DNA of 64,000 bases from contig CP145424.1 of assembly GCA_036867785.1 (NCBI GenBank), positions 620,001-684,000 on the forward strand, in the 5' to 3' direction. Numbering within the stretch: position 1 is the stretch's first letter; each line of letters opens with the position of its first letter. The notes under the pieces are model-generated. The model did not search any database. It saw nothing but the letters and a program-made list of their open reading frames with translations, and was not told the DNA's origin. This document shows positions 59,201-64,000 of the stretch, piece by piece. Origin of the DNA: Plasmodiophora brassicae (taxonomy: Eukaryota). Made by a program: the position numbers and the translations under genes.

Positions 59201-61134
59201 TCGAGGGTATACCTTCGTGTTCGGCAACGAACAGGACGAGCATCTGCTTTGAAGTGTAGTTTCAGTGGACTTACTTTCGCAGGTGGATCACGGCCAAGCT
59301 TCGTTCGCCATATGTCTTTGTGTCGATTGACAGTTGTGCGTAGACGCGGGACTTGATCGTTAGGGAAACCGGAGTCAGTTGCACGTTGTATCATCCGGTC
59401 TATTGCCCTGTCCACGTCTGTATCGGAGTGTTCTCCGATTTCGACATCATAGTCGTCACCCGGATCATTGGTGTCCAATTGGGGCTCATGATCGCGAGTT
59501 GTTCCACTTACCTCCGGGTGTCTTACCGCTCTCATCGTGATCCCTTGACCACCTGGGGCGTGACGTTCCGGGGTCGGATCCGCTTCGATGATGATAGGAC
59601 CATTTGCCTCGATTAACATCTCCTTCAGTTGTGTAGCTGGATTGATACCCAACGCGTCCAGTTCCGGGGCTCCTAAAAGGACAATGTCATCAGATAGGTC
59701 TTCGCGACATACGTTGATTTCCCGCCCGCGTAGATGTGCAGGTTTGCCATGCGAAGGTGGGACAATGGTGATGTCCACGATCGCTGTGGCGACAATTGTT
59801 GTCGTAGCCCCGATCGTTGCAAGTTTCGCCTCCGTTGGATGGTCGAACACTTTGACTGGGACATGCTGGATGGCTTGAATCCGTAGCAGTTGCGATTGCG
59901 AAATGACGGTCTTCGTCGCACCACTATCGGCTTCGAATGGAAGGTCGAGCGAGTTCTGGAAGCGAAGTCTCATAGGGGACGGTGTTGACGGCGACGGCGG
60001 GCCCATGCGCTTTGCCGTGTCTGCGTTGCCCTTACTCTCCTCCTTCTCTTTGCGCTCTTTCTGGAACTTTTCAATGGCAGCTTTGCGTTCTCCTTGAGTT
60101 GCCTTCGGGCACACTTGGACCCAGTGCTGCTCCTTGCAGATTAGGCAACCTGCCTTTGGAGGATCCTTACCTTCGAAACGTTTTCGGATGTGCTCGGGGA
60201 TGTCCCTCGATTCGTCTTTCGTTTGCGATGTGGACGATTGAGCTGTCTTCAGTCCGATCGGATTTGTCGGATGCTTGCCGCCATTCCTATTCGGAGCAAC
60301 AACGTCCTTACCTTTCTTACCTGCAGGTGGGGACATGGTCTGCGCTGGAGACTTCTTCTTCTCAGCTTGCAGCCGGAAGTGTTTGTCCTGCTCTTTGGCA
60401 AGACGGTCGACGAGGTCGAAGAATTTGAGCTCGTCCTTCTCAGCGTCCCTGCACCCTCCGAACTCGATCGCGCGTTCGACTAGAACCGCAAGGTCAGTGG
60501 GACGGATACCTCCGCGTAATACCTTGATCTTGCGCTTGGTTCCTTTCGTTCCTTTGGCGTATGTGTCTTGTAGCCCATAGTCGTCGATTAGCTCATCGAA
60601 CTTGGCGAAGAAAGACGTGACACGTTCCTCAATACTCTTGATTGACAGGTTCATGACCACTGTCTTCGTGAGAAGCGCCTTGATGTCTGTCGAACTCTCG
60701 ACATCAGCCTCCCTGCGTTGGACTGACCTCAAGTAGCTCATGATGTCGCCATCCGTGATCGTGCTGGCGGGTTGACGTAGGCGATATTTCGACATCCCTC
60801 TGAGGACGTCCTCGGTAATGCATGACTTCACCGTTGGCGGATGAATATCCTCCTTGTAGATCAGTCGGCGCTCGTTAACGATCTCGACGTGTTTCCTATA
60901 TTTCTTGAGGAAATCGTTAATTCCGTCCTTGGCCGTAAGGCTCAGGGTACGTAGGATGGGCGGTTTCAAAGGCATAAAGATCGGGCTCTTACCGTGCAGG
61001 TTTGTTGACTGAAGCCCTCGATCGATTTCGTCATCTGTCGACGATTCATGCTCCTTGGCCTCGGCGTCGGAGTTGGTCCTGGCGTCGTCCTCCATCTGTA
61101 GACGAACGGGCGCTCTGCGGCCACCTCCTGCCAT
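56245..61134 (-). CDS. Gag-Pol polyprotein (Gag with CCHC, protease, RT, RNase H, integrase, chromodomain), 1629 aa
   Basis: CLICKEQHWVQVC; ADSGA; FDAFKGYWQ and LWIDDIL; DASD, EKEAYAI, TDHRNL; HHCC and DDE integrase; LLINWIGFDATDNSWEP. Confidence 0.97.
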   Translation of the reverse strand: MAGGGRRAPVRLQMEDDARTNSDAEAKEHESSTDDEIDRGLQSTNLHGKSPIFMPLKPPILRTLSLTAKDGINDFLKKYRKHVEIVNERRLIYKEDIHPPTVKSCITEDVLRGMSKYRLRQPASTITDGDIMSYLRSVQRREADVESSTDIKALLTKTVVMNLSIKSIEERVTSFFAKFDELIDDYGLQDTYAKGTKGTKRKIKVLRGGIRPTDLAVLVERAIEFGGCRDAEKDELKFFDLVDRLAKEQDKHFRLQAEKKKSPAQTMSPPAGKKGKDVVAPNRNGGKHPTNPIGLKTAQSSTSQTKDESRDIPEHIRKRFEGKDPPKAGCLICKEQHWVQVCPKATQGERKAAIEKFQKERKEKEESKGNADTAKRMGPPSPSTPSPMRLRFQNSLDLPFEADSGATKTVISQSQLLRIQAIQHVPVKVFDHPTEAKLATIGATTTIVATAIVDITIVPPSHGKPAHLRGREINVCREDLSDDIVLLGAPELDALGINPATQLKEMLIEANGPIIIEADPTPERHAPGGQGITMRAVRHPEVSGTTRDHEPQLDTNDPGDDYDVEIGEHSDTDVDRAIDRMIQRATDSGFPNDQVPRLRTTVNRHKDIWRTKLGRDPPAKVSPLKLHFKADARPVRCRTRRYTLEHQKFMDDHVGTLAENDFVYRNPHSRYASPCLVVDKKDTEVRGHRLTVDINEAVNKQTERIAWPMPHIDIILTYLRSATIFMLFDAFKGYWQFPLHPDSQEACSFMTHIATFTPRRIIQGIADCVFAFQAGMQQVLGKLLYICALLWIDDILGYVSGFGAYMDTLESLLNAFDEFGVKLNPDRCQLYLTSVTWCGRVISADGVSFDRSYLNALHDLSTPITAADLQQFLSGLNWVRSVIPQFAAHVHPLQDLLLSASRSVSSLKKSHLRRVRLADIGWTTDHLTSFNSLKHRLSEAMTLAHTKDEWIMCLFPDASDRFWSVFLSQIPPEDIDLPYGEQHHEPLSFISGTFRGSQLKWATIEKEAYAIIEGCYRLRHFISMSKLALRIFTDHRNLVFILNPASVARISRTTGDRLERWRLQIIDLDFHIEHIAGEDNVWADLATRWGVALQPLSSFSPPSFRSIRHMAINLDFDDYKMTDEFIWPSVDEISNAQTDYIRQHDLSAVSDILQLEGDMSLHLSPESGWRTPDNQLWVPSHALQLRIAVISHMGLSGHQPAASTISSIAQLFWWPDLDSFVRAFVDKCLHCLRNKDSMIPRPFGTAMHADKPNKVIHYDFLFLSKPRPGDSHQLRYVLVLKDDATAFVELIPCQFADHSVVAESLLDWFKRFGIVFQHVSDRGTHFKNAVIAELNSRLHCNHHFTTAYTPWANGTVEVVNKRLLFLLKSLLSELNLPFQDWPYVLPLINMTVNHTVRSSVGYAPVTMFTGLPPSTPISIIFNKRIDAVIDVPLTPDRLKEMTTELIDSLEDMHKAVARTRTHLRDLKQRARRRRRNVREINFTTGDYVLVANHGKHSKSEYNWTGPAQIIDTINDWVYRVRDLLTDRISDVHAQRLMFYADAHLNVTSSLKHNIALTGVAYQVNAVEDIRVNSTSGDTELLINWIGFDATDNSWEPYSVMAADVPDIVRAFLERQAEGDPLCSRLLADF

Positions 61135-61177
61135 TAAGTGAGTTCGTTTGCTTGGGGCTCTTTGCGCAAGAAGCTTC

Positions 61178-61374
61178 TGTGCTAACGCCGCCGCTGCCCA
61201 CTACGGGGGCGGTCGGTCGCAAGAGTCGGCGCCTGGTGATATAACGAACTGATGTATTTGGACAGGATCGTCACAGCAAGGGCCGCTGCGGGGTCGAGTA
61301 CGGTCATGATCATGTGACCGGGTGGCAGCAGCATCTGAGCAGCATCATCTGAGTACTGGTACTCTGGATGAACA
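61178..61374 (-). repeat. 5' LTR
   Basis: 197 bp, identical by eye to 56039-56235. Confidence 0.95.
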
Positions 61375-61379
61375 CACGA

Positions 61380-61790
61380 TGTGGATCAATGGCACAATGG
61401 CCAATGATCGTGATGCGAAGGCGCAAGCTGGTGCAGTCGTTTGTGATCCGGGATCAGAACGGCGTTCGTTTTCGACTTCCACAAACGGGTGTCATCATCG
61501 AAGAACACGTCGTCGTCGATCATCTCCTCGCGCGATAACCGCCTCTGTCATTCTCGGATCTCGGTCCCGGTCGGCCATTATATTGGAAGTGGGGATGCTT
61601 CATCGGCGTTACTGGAAGATCGTCCACCTGCAAGGTGCGCGTCGACCGACACCCCAGTGCAATGCGGCCTGCGCCCTAACGAGACACCAGGTCGGCCCAG
61701 AAATCGAATCCTTGCAGGTGAAGCGCCCAACGCTCGATCTTCTGCGCCGTATGCTTCTTCATCTCAGCGTCCTCGCAACCAGTACCGGCT
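61380..61790 (-). mobile_element. Degenerate older Gypsy RNase H / integrase N-terminus (upstream part)
   Basis: DAEMKKHTAQKIERWALHLQG..WADLVS; LRLRITIIGHCAIDPHR runs up to the TSD and continues at 56038. Confidence 0.75.
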
Positions 61791-62521
61791 GTGTTTGCGC
61801 TGGGTCAGTTTAGAAAGACTATCCGAGCCAAGGCTGCCGATGGTGAAGGTGCGACCAGAAAGTCGATCTACATTCAACGATGTACATTCAACCGGTTCTG
61901 GTTGAATTCTCTTGGTAAACTCAGGGAGCGGGTTGCTCGGGATGTACGACAACTTCGGCGACAAGGTTTTCATTGCGTCTCCAACTAGCTTGCAACCCTG
62001 GGGCTTGCCCTTATATATGTAAGGACAAGAAGTGCCGGATATAATTCTCCAGGCCAGAAGGTTCGCAACATGCCTGGTGTTGTTGACCATGGCATGCCAC
62101 CAGCATGAAGCGTCTTAAACCTGCTACTGCTCATCAGGGTTCATCAAAGGGCACGGATACTCGATCAAGTGGACGAACAACCGCAAGAAGTGTGATGCGA
62201 GCGCGCAAACGCCTCTCCTCCAGATCTTGAAGTCTAAATTGGCTACACCTGCAGTGAGGGGTTGTTGGACATGCGGGTCCACGATGACGAGTTTCGTCCC
62301 CTGTTTACAGGGACTGTCGAAGCTCCTCGTGCAACGTCCTTACATGGAAATCCTGTTCCTGATCTCTAAAGCCTGGTGATCATCAACAAGGACGTATTAC
62401 ATGTAGACCGACCGCGAGCCATGAGAGCATTCATCTTTAGCAGAATGGGAATCCGGCTAAGGCAGGGTTCCCTTCCAGACCCGCAACCTCATTGCCGAGC
62501 GCCCATCAGCACGCGTGGACT

Positions 62522-63997
62522 TTAATGTAGCACATTGCGATCGACAGGCGCCTGCACAGGTAAGATACGGCGTTCGTCGCGTGCAGGTGACGGTTGTGCC
62601 AGCATCACGCGGCACAGGCTTGTCAGCGCACGCATAGTCCCGCCTCCTGCCCAGAAGAGCATCCAGCCGACGTGCGTGTACACGAATGTACCAATGCCGA
62701 CGGACAGGAAGCACACGAATGCAATCATGGACACGGACAGGTACAGGGTCCACCGGGACAGCCTGATCAGGAGCCTGTGCATGGCGTCCGGGCGCTTGCT
62801 CCTTTGGACAGAGTGGTTGAGAATCCTCTGGAACCTCAGCGACTGCACCAGGAACTGGATGCCGACGACCCGTTGCAGGATCATGATCAGAGCGGCTGTG
62901 AGCAGGTAGTCGTAGGGTACGTTGACGTACAAGACGTTGAGCAGGCACGCAACCGTGTCGAGCGTAACGGGAAGGACACAGAACGCGACCTTGATCATGT
63001 AGTGGCGGTCCAGAAGCCGACCGAACCACGAACCGCGTCCGGACCCAGGGATCTCCTTGATGATGCTCGTCCAGAAGACCGCGCTGAGCACGTCGCAGGT
63101 GAATCCCCACCCGGACAGGCCCGTTAGGAAGAATAGGGTCATCTCGTGAGGAAGGATGTCGTTGCTCCCCCAGCCGCCGATGCCAATGAACGCGCACAAG
63201 GCGGGAGTCGTCACCAGCTCAATGACGAGGATCAGGTGTACGATGGAGAGGCGACTAGCGATGAACTTGATGCGACGTCTCCTCGTTCGCATCGACGGCG
63301 CTGGCAACGTGCCATCGAATTCGGCATTGATAAACGTGAGGTGCTTACCGAGGAACCTAGCGGCAAGGACGCAGGCGAACCCGAACACGACGGTCGGAAT
63401 CCATCGCAGCAGAACCTGGATGTACCATCGAGGGTAGAAGTCGTCCCAGTCGTTAACGTCGGGTCGCACGCTGATGACGATTGGGTCCTTCTTCTGCCAG
63501 CTGTCCATAAGGTAGTCGACAAGAGAGGTACCCGGCTGTGCGGGTTCCTCCACCTCCACAAACAGCATCGCGTTCCTGCCGGGCCCGAGCATGCCACTGT
63601 TGCGGTGATAGAATTCAATTGGATCTGTCACATCCTGCCCGTTCGGGAATATGATGATCCAGGCCGCAACGCCTTTCTCGTCCAGGCGGCTGTACACCAC
63701 CGACACCGGGCATCCGACAAGAGGGGCACCGGCACCCGATACCAGAAAGACGATGCGACCTCGAGCCTCGTCTGGGACGTCACGGTTCGTGACGCACAGG
63801 GTGTCGCTGTTCACGACCATGAATTCGGCGGTGACGTTGACGATGACGGCATCGGTGCCCTGCGGGCCGAGGTACCTGTTCTGGGGGACGCTGCGCGTCC
63901 GAATGCCTGCGAACGGCGACAGGGCCGGTTGTATGATGACCAGCGCGCTGTGCATGCCCGGGAGCAGGCACGCCGTTACGACGACGAATCGCAGCAT
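62522..63997 (-). CDS. Signal peptide + PA-like ectodomain + 7TM receptor-like protein, copy 2 (intronless)
   Basis: MLRFVVVTACLLPGMHSA signal; LC...ARGRIVFLV...GCPV...EKGVAAWIII PA-like motif; PDVNDW; seven TM segments; homologous to 23572-25130. Confidence 0.75.
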   Translation of the reverse strand: MLRFVVVTACLLPGMHSALVIIQPALSPFAGIRTRSVPQNRYLGPQGTDAVIVNVTAEFMVVNSDTLCVTNRDVPDEARGRIVFLVSGAGAPLVGCPVSVVYSRLDEKGVAAWIIIFPNGQDVTDPIEFYHRNSGMLGPGRNAMLFVEVEEPAQPGTSLVDYLMDSWQKKDPIVISVRPDVNDWDDFYPRWYIQVLLRWIPTVVFGFACVLAARFLGKHLTFINAEFDGTLPAPSMRTRRRRIKFIASRLSIVHLILVIELVTTPALCAFIGIGGWGSNDILPHEMTLFFLTGLSGWGFTCDVLSAVFWTSIIKEIPGSGRGSWFGRLLDRHYMIKVAFCVLPVTLDTVACLLNVLYVNVPYDYLLTAALIMILQRVVGIQFLVQSLRFQRILNHSVQRSKRPDAMHRLLIRLSRWTLYLSVSMIAFVCFLSVGIGTFVYTHVGWMLFWAGGGTMRALTSLCRVMLAQPSPARDERRILPVQAPVDRNVLH

Positions 63998-64000
63998 TCC

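Larger units (their letters stand above)
56039..61374 (-). mobile_element. Intact Ty3/Gypsy chromodomain LTR retrotransposon (5336 bp)
   Basis: Identical 197-bp TG...CA LTRs at 56039-56235 and 61178-61374; 5-bp TSD cacga on both sides; short PPT ggggag before the 3' LTR; single Gag-Pol ORF. Confidence 0.97.

Noticed and set aside
61800-62450. Continuation of the older Gypsy or another TE
   Set aside because: No motif could be recognised with confidence.

Overview
GC-rich, gene-dense eukaryotic DNA with many short (~50-70 nt) GT-AG introns and very short intergenic gaps. The compactness, intron style and gene mix suggest a plasmodiophorid (Plasmodiophora-like) protist; this is inference only. 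The first ~52 kb carries housekeeping and signalling genes: a C2H2 factor, Ras, Raptor, DPH2, a RING protein, RPB5, SEH1, an RMND1/DUF155 protein, fimbrin, FCF1, a CCDC174-like protein, a CUE-Smr nuclease and EngA/Der. Mixed among them are a Zn(II)2Cys6 factor, a secreted bacterial-type GH18 chitinase, a YeiH-family transporter, three PP2C-like paralogues without apparent introns, tandem CNG/KCNH-like channels, a tail-to-tail pair of non-RD (HHD) AGC-like kinases, several small secreted proteins and transposon remnants. From ~52.4 kb the window is repeat-rich. It holds a 24-bp minisatellite, Gypsy debris, and an intact 5.3-kb chromodomain Ty3/Gypsy element (identical 197-bp LTRs, CACGA TSD, WIDD RT motif, no canonical tRNA PBS) nested in an older Gypsy. 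Two divergent members of a signal peptide + PA-like ectodomain + 7TM receptor-like family (23.6-25.1 kb and 62.5-64.0 kb) are the most unusual protein architecture seen. Coordinates of spliced genes are start-to-stop spans read by eye.
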